A stretch of 63,996 nucleotides of DNA, counting the filler, from Basidioascus undulatus (Eukaryota): NCBI GenBank assembly GCA_000826855.1. It is 5 parts of 5 records of this genome, joined end to end, with 100 filler letters (N's around TTAATTAATTAA, not from the genome) between each part and the next. Parts side by side here need not be neighbours in the genome. Positions count along the whole stretch, not along the records: positions 51,890 to 63,996 come from JTLS01000944.1; 4 more parts are not named here. One strand, given 5' to 3'. The position numbers and the translations under genes were made by a program. Positions 52,447 to 63,996 of the stretch are shown here, in pieces. The notes beneath the pieces are model-generated. The model made no database searches. It was not told the DNA's origin and saw only the letters and a list, made by a program, of their open reading frames with translations. Positions within the stretch are counted from its first letter, which is position 1, and every line of letters begins with the position of its first letter.

Positions 52447-54493
52447 ATGGCAGGCTGACCGACGATGGGGATGGGGTGTGTGACGGGGCACAGTCCGCCT
52501 TCGACGCAGGCATCATAGACCCCGTCGCGGACGACGCGGCGTTCGCGACCCACCTCGCCCTCCTCCGCGAGGAGGTCGAGCGCTTGGAGCGCGAGACGGC
52601 CGCGGCGACGGGGAGGGAGGTGAAGGAGGTGCGTGTTCCCGCTTCCATCTCTTTAAACCCCGAGGCGTGTTGAGCGTGGGATGTCGTGGGCACGTCAGAT
52701 CCGCACCGGCCTCGTCCAAGTCCTGCAGGCCTCCGTGCCCGAGAGTACCGACGAGCAAGCGGCGTACGACCTCTTCCGCGTCGAGTACGACGCGGCTGTC
52801 CTCAGTGCGTTGACCTCTCCCTTGTATCAAGATTGTATGTCGTTGTAGAGGGCACGGCTGATCGGCAAGGAACAGCATCAGCCGGCTCGGCGCAGGGCAC
52901 GCCGCCTTCGTCCGAGCACATGTGGGCGTGCATGGCTGACTCGAGCAAAAAACACTATGCTGCCCGCGCGCGCGCTGAGCGCGCCGAACGCAGTCTCAAG
53001 AAGCGCGAGGAGGACGCGCCGAAGGTCATCTCTGCCATTAGCCGTTCGGTGCGTCCCCTTCCCCGCCCCCTACTTCCCTCCTTCCCCCTTGCTTTCCTCT
53101 TCCTTCTTTCACGCTGCTCACGAATATATTTGTTGTGCCCCGCAGCTCAACTCCCTCCCCCCAAATCTGCAATACCTCCTGCTCCTCACCTCGCCCGAGT
53201 ACGTGCACCCGACCGTCGTCGCCTCGCAGGGCGGGCAGGCGTACCTCAACACGCTCCCGCACGGGTCGGACAACTTCCACCGCCTCTCGCTCAACCCGGA
53301 GGCGGCCGCCGAGGCGGCCGTCGAGGCCCTCGTCGAGAGCATCGAGGACCGCAGCGGCGCCGGCGAGGCGCAGAAGGAGGACCGCAGCAAGAGCAACAAG
53401 GCGCTGGACGTCAAGGCCACGCTGAATAAGGAGATGCGGGACCATCTGAGGTAAGACGCCTCCCTCTTTGCACCTACCCTTGTCGACTTGCTTCTTGAAT
53501 CTGTGCTTGGTGTTTTGAGGTACTGACTGAGATGGCACGGTGTGGTGACAGGGAGGTTTCTGGCAACCCAAAGGCGGAGATGAAGTGGACCAAGCCCGAC
53601 GCTCTATGCCAGCTCCACGGCGTCAAGCTCATCGGATGGCCGGACGACCTGCCCGTCCGCAACCCGTCCAACAACCCCGTCGCGTGCGTCGTCCTCTTCC
53701 TCCTCACCCCTCCTCTCTCTTCCCCCTCCATACCTTCCCTCTCCACCTTCTCCCCTCCTCGCTCTTCCATCCTTCCTCATCTGACTTCCTGCCCTTCCCT
53801 GCGCACAGCGACAACAAGCGCCTCCTCGCGCTCCTCCAAGCGCGCGAACTCCGGTTCGAGAAGATCTCGCACGAAGAAGTGCAAGCGATGCTCCGGCAGC
53901 GCAAGTCCACTCCATCCACCTCTCACTCCACCTCAGCCGCAGCCGCAGCCGCCGCCGCAGCTGCCGCCGCCGCCGCCGCCGCCGCCTCTCCCTCCGGCTC
54001 GCCCTCCCCCTCGACCTCCCTCCAGCGCGCGACCCAAAGTCAAAACCCGAACCCAAACGTGGACCCCTCCCTCGTGGACGCCGCGTTCGACCTCTCCTCC
54101 GCGGGCCTGACATATCCTCAGGCGCAGCTCTTACTGCTCGAGAGCTCGAAGGCCCTCCTCCGCGCAGGGTTTGGCGCGGCGCTCGCGCAGCAGGGGGGGC
54201 CGCAGGCGGTCCCGCTCCCGGGGGGAGGGATCGACCACAGTGCGGAGGGGCTCGCGGTTTTGGCGGCTGCGGGATTGGCGGGGCAGGCGCAGCAGCAGCA
54301 GCAGCAGCAAGGGCAGGGGGGGCGCGGGCATGAGCACGAGCATGAGCAGCACGAGCACGAGCATGAGCATGGCCACGAGCACGAGGACCAGGGCCATGAG
54401 CGGCATGCGCACGGCGGGCAGGGGCAGAAGAGGGCGGCGGAGGACGACGACGATGAGGAAGGGGGCGCGGGAAAGAGACAGAGGGGCGAGTAG
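52447..54493 (+). CDS. Hypothetical nuclear protein (HMG-like helix, GWP..NPS motif, poly-A/Q/HE tail); start approximate
   Basis: Spliced blocks MWACMADSSKKHYAARA, MKWTKPDALCQLHGVKLIGWPDDLPVRNPS, LRFEKI. NLS-like KRAAEDDD..KRQRGE*. Confidence 0.75.
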
Positions 54494-54799
54494 GCGTTGC
54501 GGGTGGGATGTGTACGGTTTTGATGGGTGGGATAGCTGTGTTGGGAGCTTGTTTAGCTGTGTTGAGAGCTTGTTGTACTATTATGTTTACAAGGTCGCAT
54601 TCCGTTTTCTTTTCATTTGCAGGGTGCGGTTTGCTGAGCGTGCTGGAGACTTCGGGAAGGGCACTGCCTCGGCGTGGGTCGCCTTGACGACGGCAGTCTG
54701 CCCGACTCGCATTTCACTTCCTCCTCTCGTCTGCCCATCTTTTCCTCCCACAACCCCATCTTCCTCCCACATCCCACATCCCACGTCCTCGCACAAAAA

Positions 54800-56066
54800 A
54801 TGCGTCTCACCAACCCCCTCACACTCGCTCTGGTAGCGCTCCTCCCTCTCCCGCTCACGTTCACACACTCCCTCCCTTCGCCCGCGACTGGCATCGACAC
54901 GCCTGGCCAGGGCCGCAACTCGAAGTCGCCCCTCCGCCGTCCGAGCCTCATCACCATCACCACCACCACCGTTCTGCTCCGACCCGCACGCCCCGTTGGG
55001 ATGGGCGTTCCTCCTCATTTTCGGGCTCTGCGCAGGACAATACTTTTCACTTCCACCGCTTTTTACGCACCTCTTCCCATTCTTCGCGAGGGAGAAGACG
55101 AGCGCCTCCCCCGACGCACAGCCGTTCCTCTCCCCACTTTCATTCCCCACCCCCTCCCCTTCCTCTTCCTTCTCCCTCCCCCTCTGCTCTCCATCCCCTC
55201 CGCCTCGGTTCTCCTAACCTGCCTAACGACCTACGTCGTCCTCTGCCGCGCGCCGGGCAGCGGCCCGTCCTGCCTCGGCCACACCGGCGCCGCCGGCTGT
55301 CGCGTACGGGGCGACGCTGTGGCACGGGTGCTGGGCTCGGAGGGTTGCTTTTGGGAGAGGGGGGGCAGAGATGCTGCTGTCGGTGGGGATTGCTGTGTTT
55401 GGCAGCGCGGTGGATGTCGGGACGGTTTGGGGCTCGAGTTGCGGGAGCTTGGAGAGCAGGGATGGGAGCATTTGGAGATCGTCGCTGTGTGAGTGGTTTC
55501 TCCTGGACTTAGCTTTTTGGGAGTGAGGGAGCTGATAGAATGGGGGATGCAGGCTCATGTCGTCCGGGATCCTCACACTCCTCCTGCGTTGCCTGCAGCC
55601 TAAAACGCACTCGACTTTCATCTCCCACCTCGGACTTGCCCTCGTCGGGCTGGCACTGACGACGCACGAGTGTGTCTCCCTTTCCCCCCCATCCCAACCA
55701 TCTTTCCTAAACCTGACCTTACTAAAACCTAACACCCTTTCTCCGCGCCCCACGCAAGCCGACCCTCTCTCGCACCGCCTCTGGGGCGTCCTCCTCCTCC
55801 TCTCCTCCCTCCTGCAGCTTTCCATCCCGCACGCCGACGCCCTCGCAGGACTCGGTTGGCTCATGGTCGGCGCGACGGCGTTCGTCGCTAATGACGAACT
55901 CAGTGAGAGGGGGTGGTTAAGTGCGTTTGTTTAAGGTCGTCGAGAGGGAAGGAGGGCTGAGAGGCTGACGATTTGGGGGGCGGACGGTGGGTGGACAGCG
56001 AGCTTGACGGGCTTGCTCGTAGGCGCGTGGGTGTGGGCAGCGCTGGTGGTGGGGTAGGTGGGGCGG
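54800..56066 (+). CDS. Hypothetical polytopic membrane protein with signal peptide; frame ambiguous
   Basis: MRLTNPLTLALVALLPLP and hydrophobic blocks HLGLALVGLALTTH, HRLWGVLLLLSSLLQL, LAGLGWLMVGATAFVANDE. Confidence 0.55.
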
Positions 56067-56393
56067 TGGGGGCGGTAATGAGTAGGGCTTCTGGTAAGAG
56101 GAATGAGGGAGTTGGGGGGGTAGAGAGGGGTGAAGATGTTGTTTAGCTCGCTTACTTTCTTCTCCGGCCGGGTCATGTCGTGTCTTTTGGCTGAATTGCT
56201 TTGTTGCGCTTTTCTTGCTAGTGACACCACCGTAGAAGCTTCGGTTGTCCCGCTAACTTCAGCGAAAGCGAACACAGAGGGCGGAAGGTTGCTTCCGCAG
56301 CTTCAGCTCGAATGCTTTCCTGCCTTGTCGTCTGTTGCCGCACTCGGACGAGCATCGCCTCCAAACAATCCTACACAGCTGGCCGCCTTCCAA

Positions 56394-57463
56394 ATGTCAG
56401 ATCCGCCGCTTCGGTCCGGGGACTACCACTTTCCTGACGGGAACGTAATCTTCCGTGTACGTCCATCAACAGCGCAACAGCGCATCTGCCTACTGCGATT
56501 ACTTGACACCACCCATATCTGGTGGGGAAACCCTCCAAATCCTCAGGTCGAACATACTCTGTTTTCGCGTCCACTCCTCTCGCTTGATCAAAGCATCCAC
56601 GGTGTTCAAAGACGTGTTCTTGCTAAGGACTAGTGAGCCGGAGGGTGGTTCCGACGAAGAACCAGTCGTCCTTCCTCAGTGGCAGCGGACGACTTTGGCG
56701 CCCTCATGCTCTCTCTTTATGGCTCGCGAGTTGATTCATGGAAAAAGAGCCCAACTTCACGTGAAGACTAAGCGTCCTCCTGGTCTGCTAGATACGCCGA
56801 GCTCACTCGCCCTAGCGAGGAAGAGCTCGACGCGATCATTCATCTGTCAACGTTCTGGGACATGCCGGTTCAGCGGTCCTACGCCATCAAGCGCTACGAG
56901 AGTCTCGATCTCGAAGAGGAGACGGACTCGAACCCAATGAAGATCGTTCTTCTTTCCCGGGCGGCCCGAGTTTATCATTGGCTTCTCGGAGCGTACCGCG
57001 CGCTCCTGCCGAACCCCCTGGACAAGATCGCGCCGGAGGACGGCAAACTCGGCGTCGACGCGATCCTTAACCTCGCGATCGTGAGGGAGAAGTTGTTGAG
57101 GAAATCTGCCACAGGTTCGAACTGCCGCCCGAGGTTCCGTACGATGCAGCGATGCTGAACTTCTGCGCTGTCGTCTCCTCCGCCTGGCCAGCCATGGTCG
57201 ACACCTTGCCGGGCGAACATCCGCTCGACGTGCTGGGGCAGCACGTCAAGGACTTGGACTGGACCGAGCATGAGGACGATATGGACAAAGAGGCCGGTCG
57301 AGAAGAGCAAGTTCGGTTGTTGGGAGCCGTTCTTTACGATACTTGGGAAGTGTCCGAGAGCGCGACGGAGGAGCTTACCGAGCTCATCAAAGCCCGGTTC
57401 GCGCCTGAGCTTGTGGAACTCGAGCCCAAATCGGACACTGAGAGTACTTGGACCTCGTTGTGA
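56394..57463 (+). CDS. BTB/POZ-domain protein (basidiomycete expanded type); homopolymer frameshifts
   Basis: YHFPDGNVIFR|VEHTLFRVHSSRLIKASTVFKDVF..EGGSDEEPVVLP..DDFGALM, IIHLSTFWDM..RSYAI, WLLGAYRAL, LAIVREKL. Confidence 0.88.
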
Positions 57464-57769
57464 GATAGTGAGCTGACTTATCTGTTTTAATCGACATGCA
57501 GGCTGACCTGGAGGCACAGGAACTCGTCCATTGTCGAAATGTCGGTCCATGCACTGCGTGCGTGTTGTGCGATCTTGTTAGGATCGCATTAACTGGTTAC
57601 TCATTGGGCCTGTCTGCCTCGCACCAAATTAGCTAATTCGAGAGGCGACGTTCAGCTGTTCAGACAACCAGTTCGCACTATATAGTCCGCAAGGATTGAA
57701 CGGAACAGTAAATGCGGGATACGTATCCAACGCCCACGCTCGCCCAAATATAAAGAGTTATAACGAAAG

Positions 57770-58663
57770 GGATTGAGTCCAGGCGGGTTTAAGGTCCAGC
57801 GACTCATCCTGGAGGCTGCTGGCAAACCGTCGCAACCGCGCTCATACTCGATCGACTGGGGCACACTCGCAAACCTGAGTCTCGTCTCTCGCGAGTACAA
57901 CGCCATATGCACGCCCTCCTTGACTCGACTATCAATTTCCGTCCTCGGTCTGCTCATGGATCATCTGTGGTTGATGAGGGCCTCGGCGAACGGTTTGCCC
58001 TTTTCTATCGCACGATCTCCGCCAACCCTTCCCTCTTGTCGCACACGCGCGCCCTCTTCCTCCCTGCAAATGTCAAATCCACCTTACAGCTGCAATCCGG
58101 TCCAAGTATCTACGCTTTGACTACCCAGCTCATGTTGGACCACGCACCTAATTTGCAGCGGCTCGGCTCGGTGTGCCTGACAAAGGCGTCCTCCGCTACG
58201 ACAGCTTGCGACTGCTTACAATGTGCGCCCTCCCCGAAATCTGGTATCCCAACAGCTACAACTTGGGTATTGAGCTATGGAAAACGTCTCTTTTGATGCA
58301 TATCTCATTTTCACGCTGTCCCCCTCCGTACCAGCTATGGTCGAGCAAATTCTCCAGGTGCCGTGTCTCTCAATGGTCGCTTCATGCGCGCATTTGGACC
58401 GATACCTGAATGGGATCGAGAGGCTCGTTACCGCCGCTGGCCCGAATCTGGAGAGGCTCATTTTCTGTTTCGAAGACCTGGAACCCTCATTGGACTCGCT
58501 TCGTGCCCAAAAGGCGAAGTTCGATCAGGCTGTGCAGAGTCGCCTCTCGCCAGCTGCAGCATGCAGAGTTGTAACGGTGCTTCACATAAAAGCGCACGCG
58601 GATGGTACGTGGTATGAAATGCGCGTGGCGGACGGGACAGTTTGGGGTATGGCGGACGAATGA
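57770..58663 (+). pseudogene. F-box-like hypothetical protein, frameshifted
   Basis: RLILEAAG..TLANLSLVSREYNAICTP.L resembles basidiomycete F-box-like N-termini. Downstream blocks lie in several frames. Confidence 0.45.
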
Positions 58664-59179
58664 TGGCCGGTGCTGTCGAGGAGAGGTTGCGAGGCAGTAA
58701 CATCACAATGCATATGTAATTGAGCAAGAGGTCTGAGAGGCTTAAAAGGTGGGTAATTGATGTCTTCTCGGAAAGTGTACGGATGTAAGGCGGGCCAGGA
58801 CTGCAGGACTAGCGCTGGCTGCGTGCTGTGGACTACATGAGATGGTACGTCCGCACTGACTATAACTAAAGCACAGGCACTATCTTTCCAGCCCCTTTCC
58901 AATCTTTCGGGAAGTGTTATAACTGAAAGTGTCATTACTTAACATCATGCCCTATACTACGCCAAAACGGACTCAATCGTCTTAGGTGGCCCGCGACGTG
59001 TCAGCGGCCGGCATTCCTTGTTTCGGAAAGCATCGGTTGTCCCGCATGGTCGATGATGGTCCGCAGGTGCATGCAGTTAAAAGGGCCGCTCTCGCTTGAG
59101 CTCTTCCTTCATTGTAGCTGCGTTGTCGCCTGTTGCTGCCCTCGGACCCTCGCCAACACAACACAGGTTACGGCACTCC

Positions 59180-59620
59180 CGAGGTCACAGAAGCCCCTTC
59201 GATCCGAACATTACTACTTCTCTGATGGAGATGTTGTCTTTTGTGTAGGTCCATGCATCGCACATTTTCACCATGAGACAACCCTCCGCACCGTCCCCGT
59301 GGCCGCGCTGACGCAGACCTCCCCATACAGGTCCAAGATGTACTCTTTCGGGTCCATGGGTCCAGTCTGAGCAGAGCATCCTCCGTGTTCACGGACACTT
59401 CTCGCTGACGACAAGTGCCCCGGAGGGCTCTTCCGTCGAAGAACCCGTCGCCCTTCCTCAGGTGACCGCGGGCGACTTTGAGGCCCCAATGCTGTCTCTT
59501 GCCGGCTCGTCAGTAGATTCCATACAAAACCTTTCTCCGTTCTCATCGAAAACACTTTTCACAGCTATACTGAGCTTACTCGCCCTAGCGAGAACGAGCT
59601 TGTCGGCATTCTCAGCGTTC
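59180..59620 (+). pseudogene. Second BTB/POZ copy, truncated paralog of 56394-57463
   Basis: PLRSEHYYFSDGDVVFC|VQDVLFRVHGSSLSRASSVF..EGSSVEEPVALPQVTAGDFEA..YTELTRPSENEL. Same intron positions as the first copy; no C-terminal half. Confidence 0.8.
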
Positions 59621-60014
59621 ATGAGAGGCTTGAGGGTGTTCGTTGGTACCCAAGCCCAAACCCGGCTGCTATAGTACATCATACAGAGTACCGCCAATGG
59701 ACCACTGGTCAAAAGACAAACGCGTTGGATGCAAGCGAAAAAATATGACATGCCCGAGGAACACGTTTGCAGCCCTCAGGTCCTGCTTGAGATTGGTCAG
59801 ACTGCACTCCAACCCGCGGGGTTCAATCAAACCTGAGGGAGTTCAGCTTCATTTCAACAACAAACTTTTGTGAGGTGCAGCCGACTGCCAGACCACTGCC
59901 TGAAGCTGGAAAGAAATGCCAAGCCGTCACAGCACTGACTCGCTCAGCTTCGGTTCAACTGCAATTGAAAGCAGGTCACACGGCTCTGACCACGCTTCAA
60001 CAGCAACCACGACC

Positions 60015-60778
60015 ATGTCCTCCCCTCCCCTTCCGCTTCCCCCAGAATCCTCCTCATCTTCCCCCTCTTCCCCTCCGCTCACGCATAGCTTGCCAGGGCG
60101 TCTCCCGCCTCGCACACGCTCGTGCCGCTCTCCCCTCTCCACCCCGTCCGCCGAGCGCTGCTCGACCTCTACGCAGCGCATATAGCCTCCCCAGCCTTCC
60201 TCTCCACACGTCCAGCCGTAAACCCCATATCAAGCCTTTCGACTGCGAAGCCTACGTGCGCTCCCACCCGGAACGCCAGACGAGTTCACGCTCTGGGTCC
60301 TCGAGTGCCGGAACGCGCCGTGATCAGGTGGGTGTGGCCCGGCCTGGACGGGTCGGAGTTCAACCAAGGCCGCGCATTCGGGCGGACCTACGGCCCTGCC
60401 TGCCTCGGACGTCACCCCCCGCCCGTGGTCACACTGTCTTTCGTCGAAGCCGAGGACGCGCTCCAGCCGGCGGAAGACGCCCGGGCGCTCCAAGTGCCAG
60501 TGGGACGAGGTCGACCGCTACGGCCTCGGGAACGTGGATCTGCAAGCGCTCGAAGATCGCGAGCATGGATGCGGTGGTCGACTTATTTGGTCCTGGAGGG
60601 GGGTGGAGAGGCGTTGAAGGGAACCGTGCATCAGTTGGAGGGCGGGATAGCGGCGCTTAATGAGCGGGTGGAGTACCCGGGGATGGGAGGTGTCGTTGAG
60701 GGGGAGATGCAGGTTCAGGAGGGGAGGTCGAAGTGGCTTACGGAGGATGAGAAAGTAACTATCTGTCGAGAGGTGTGA
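60015..60778 (+). CDS. Hypothetical protein with several apparent 1-nt frameshifts
   Basis: GC-rich coding blocks in shifting frames: HPVRRALLDLY, KPFDCEAYVRSHP, RWVWPGLDGSEFNQGRAFG, VTICREV*. Confidence 0.5.
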
Positions 60779-61709
60779 GGCGCTTGTAGGTTACAGACTG
60801 CAGATGTCCCACACTTCGATTTAGGAAAGCAGTGCGAATCTGGACGTGGTACACCCAGCGATTCATGAACTATGAGAAATTTTTCAGCGGCAGAGGATTG
60901 AAGTCGTTCGTCCAAGGAGCACGAGCGCGATGCTGGGCAGGCCGCGTTGTGCTTCCTTCGTTGCACTTCGTTCCGGGCAGGCGGTCCTCTTAAGAAGAAT
61001 GTCTCTGAATAGCGGCTTCCGGATTTAAGCAACTGTGTCTTATGACTTGATGCAGTTCTGAACTCTTGGCTTCTCGGTTGAAGCAAAGCTTTTCGGGCAG
61101 ACCTTGGCCGAGGTTGCGTGTGCCCCGCCAGCTGCGCGCAAGACGAGGACCATGTCAGCCTTGCATCGGTCCAGACATCAAGAACACAGAGATAGTAGCA
61201 ATCGTCTGGGTTGTATTAAAGGCACTTGTCCGTGTCCAGTTGTGGGTCAGCGACGGTGGGCACGCTGAGGAGGCAGTTGGAAACGAACGCTCTCACGTCT
61301 GAAACTCTCGGTCTTTGTGTGTGTCCTGCTATAGATCTGCGTAAAGGTTTTTTCTTTTTGCTAGCCTCTAACCGCTGCATAATCGTGGCTAATTTGGCAG
61401 TTCTAATACACTACGAAGCGGCGCCGTAACCGCTTCACGCCAACAAGAGCAGTTACCTGGCCTTCACCGAAATTCATTCGAGCTGTTATGGCTTAACGTT
61501 GATGTAAAATGTTTCTTATACGGTGAGAAAGGTGGAAGGAAGAAAGGACGAAAGCAGACACTGCGCTTCAGGGCCGGTCCCGCCGAATGGGGGCGAGCGA
61601 GGGCTTGGGGCGAATTCGCGAAATAGGCAAATGCGGCAACCGAAACCTCGCCCAAGTGCAGGACTTTTCAGCCGGGCTCGCTCCTTCGCTTTCTTCTCCC
61701 AGCGACAAG

Positions 61710-62591
61710 ATGGTGAGTATCGGCTGCCCTACCCTATATCACTCTCCTCGACGACGACAACGACGGTGTTCTCGACGACGCTATTAATGGCGTTGAGGGC
61801 GGGGGAGACGCCGGGGGCGTTGGCGTCGGCGGAGCGGAGGAGCGGTCCCCCTTCGATTCCATTCGTCCCGGCGACCTGGACCCGACCCGACGACGACGAC
61901 CACCCACAATCCTCTCTACCGCCCACTCAACACCACACCCGACGATTCTTTACTCTCTCTCGAATGCCCCCCCGACGTCCAGCATCTTCGCGCACCCGCA
62001 CACCTGTCCACCCCCTCCCGCAACCCGCTTCTGACGTCGCCCCCCTCCCCTCCCCGGCCTGCAGGCTAAAGCTAAGGCGACGCAAGCCGCCAACCAGGCC
62101 AGTGGCCAGGGCAAGGGCGCGAAGAAGAAGAAGTGGTCCAAGGGCAAGGTCAAGGACAAGGCCCAGAACGCCGTCGTCCTCGACCGCCCCACCTACGACC
62201 GCATCCTCAAGGAGGTCCCGACCTTCAAGATGATCTCGCAGTGCGTTCGTTTCCCTCCGGTGACGTAGAGTGGGATATTGAGACACTGAATGGTGCGGTG
62301 GGGTGTTGCAGGTCCGTCCTCATCGACCGCCTGAAGATCAACGGCTCCCTTGCGCGTGTTGCGATCCGCCACCTTGCCCGCGAGGGGTGCGTCTTTCTTC
62401 CCCCTTTCCATACCCTCGCCCACACGTCCTGACCCTCCTCCGTTCCAGTGCGATCACCAAGATCGTTCACCACAACGGCCAGCTGATCTACAGTGTGTCC
62501 CCTCGCACTTCCTCCTGTCCCCACTCATCCCATTTACTAATGTGTGGGCTTTCGCGTTCGTCCAGCCCGTGCGACCGCTGCGGCCGAGTAA
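61710..62591 (+). CDS. RPS25: 40S ribosomal protein S25 (eS25), 4 introns
   Basis: ATG|intron|[90 protein letters not shown]. Confidence 0.98.
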
Positions 62592-62789
62592 ACGCGCCGT
62601 TCGACCACCCCCTACGCCCGCTTTTCCTCTCTCCGCATGTACACTGGTTTATGCATCACGCCAAAACGCAAATTTCCGACTCCTCGTGCCCTGCGTGCTT
62701 TGAAGGTGGAGCGTAGCGGTACTGACCGTCGTCCTCTCCGTGCGCACTTTTGTTGATGCGCTGTGGTTTAGTCAGTAACGCTCGCCCCT

Positions 62790-63720
62790 CATCCTATGTG
62801 CACCGACCGCATTCGACATGGCCTTGACCTCGTCGTTTGTCTCGCTCGCATCTCGATCGCCGCTCACTTTCGTCGCACTCGGGTACTGAATCTTCGACAC
62901 GACGCTGAACTGTCGGTGATTCGCATCGTTCGCAATCCCGTCACTTGACCAGGGACCTTGCCTTCTTCACGGTGTACTGACCATCTTCAGCACGACGTCG
63001 ACGTGCTGATTACTCGCATTGCTCGCCCTGTAATCCCGAGCAACTCGCGCTCCGTGGTTCATCTTCTAACGCACGTACTTGTGACCAGCCCTCACGGTAT
63101 TCATGGACGGGTCATCCGACATTGCTGACCATAGGTAGGTAGCTAGCTGTCTTAGGCGCCTGGCCCGCACCTCGGTCGCCTGTTCGGAATGTGCGCACCC
63201 CACTCTTCGAGGCTCATTCGATAAACGAACTCGCATAGGCCGTCTCCGTTGGGTTGCTCTCGGGACATGCGCCGATCCGAGTGGTTTATGTGCCCACACG
63301 CCGACGTCCTCTACCTCGCACGTTGCACTTTGCGACTCATCTTCCATTCATTTGTTATCTTGACACCATCGATGTACACCGAAAATTATACATGATCTGG
63401 GAAAGCCTTTCAAACGGCGTCTCGACTGAGCTGGCTCATTCACTGTTTTCTCCAGAGCCTAAGCAAGCTTAGCCATAGATATCATTGCCCATGGATAGTG
63501 TTGTATTTCCAGTAGTGAACGTTTTTTTTTTTTTTTGGGACAACGGTTGAAGCGAAGGTCGAAGCTTGAAAAACGCTCAATGCATGGGAGCTGTCGCCGA
63601 AACTCAGGACGACGCGACTTGGAGGCGCTTCGGCTCATTGCCTTCTGCCTTCTTGACCCAGTCTGAACCGCCTCCTTCTCGACCCACAAAACCCCACAGT
63701 CCGGCATGCGGTCCTTGTCG
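62790..63720 (-). pseudogene. Decayed gene relic, weakly resembling the N-terminus of FunK1-type fungal kinases
   Basis: Fragments RMPDCGVL, YPWAMI, LRQLATYLWSAMSDDP, VVSKIQYP in different frames, with stops. Confidence 0.25.
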
Positions 63721-63996
63721 TTATCCCCATCCACATCCATACACGCCCCCATCCGCCTTGACCTCCCTAGTCCTTTCGCGCCCTCAACGCGCACAGTGCA
63801 GCATGCGCCCGCCCTCTCCGACGGGCAGCGTCGCCTCTATTTCCGTCGAGCGAGGGACGATGGACGTCTTTGGAAGGGTGGGAAGGATAGGGGATGATCG
63901 GATGCCAGTACTTGTGAGTCCCTCCTCTCCACAGTGGTTCAAGGATCCAGCTGAGTCTTACATCATCCCCCTCCCTGTCGCCCTCCCCATCTCCCT

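Noticed and set aside
62700..63135. C/D-box snoRNA cluster suggested by many CTGA motifs
   Set aside because: No convincing RUGAUGA C boxes, terminal stems or rRNA guide sequences could be identified by eye.

Overview
Intron-rich, GC-rich eukaryotic DNA from a basidiomycete fungus (GTGCGT/GTGAGT/GTCAGT donors, CTGAC branch points, many micro-exons). It is not one locus. Five contigs of about 12.9 kb are joined by artificial 100-nt linkers (44 N + TTAATTAATTAA + 44 N) in decreasing length order, so adjacency across linkers means nothing. Well-supported genes: BRCT-WGR-PARP, FHA-kinase (Chk2/Rad53/Cds1 family, 5'-truncated), secreted S8 subtilisin (3'-truncated), Ure2p-like GST, GH5_12-type glycosylceramidase/steryl-beta-glucosidase, tRNA-Val(AAC), Zn2Cys6 transcription factor, GPI-anchored CFEM protein, NOP16 (partial), BTB/POZ protein and RPS25. 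The spacers hold decayed or frameshifted genes: a head-to-head MYND-finger pair, a UDP-glycosyltransferase, an F-box fused to a pol-beta-like nucleotidyltransferase domain, a lone DH-like domain, a second BTB copy and a PD-(D/E)xK-like relic. Many frameshifts are single-base changes in homopolymers and are probably sequencing errors. I found no convincing novel multi-gene system. The best leads are the F-box/NTase-like gene, the MYND pair, the PARP micro-exon/GC-AG structure and an in-frame TAG in the Chk2-like kinase tail. All family calls come from motif recognition by eye, not database searches.
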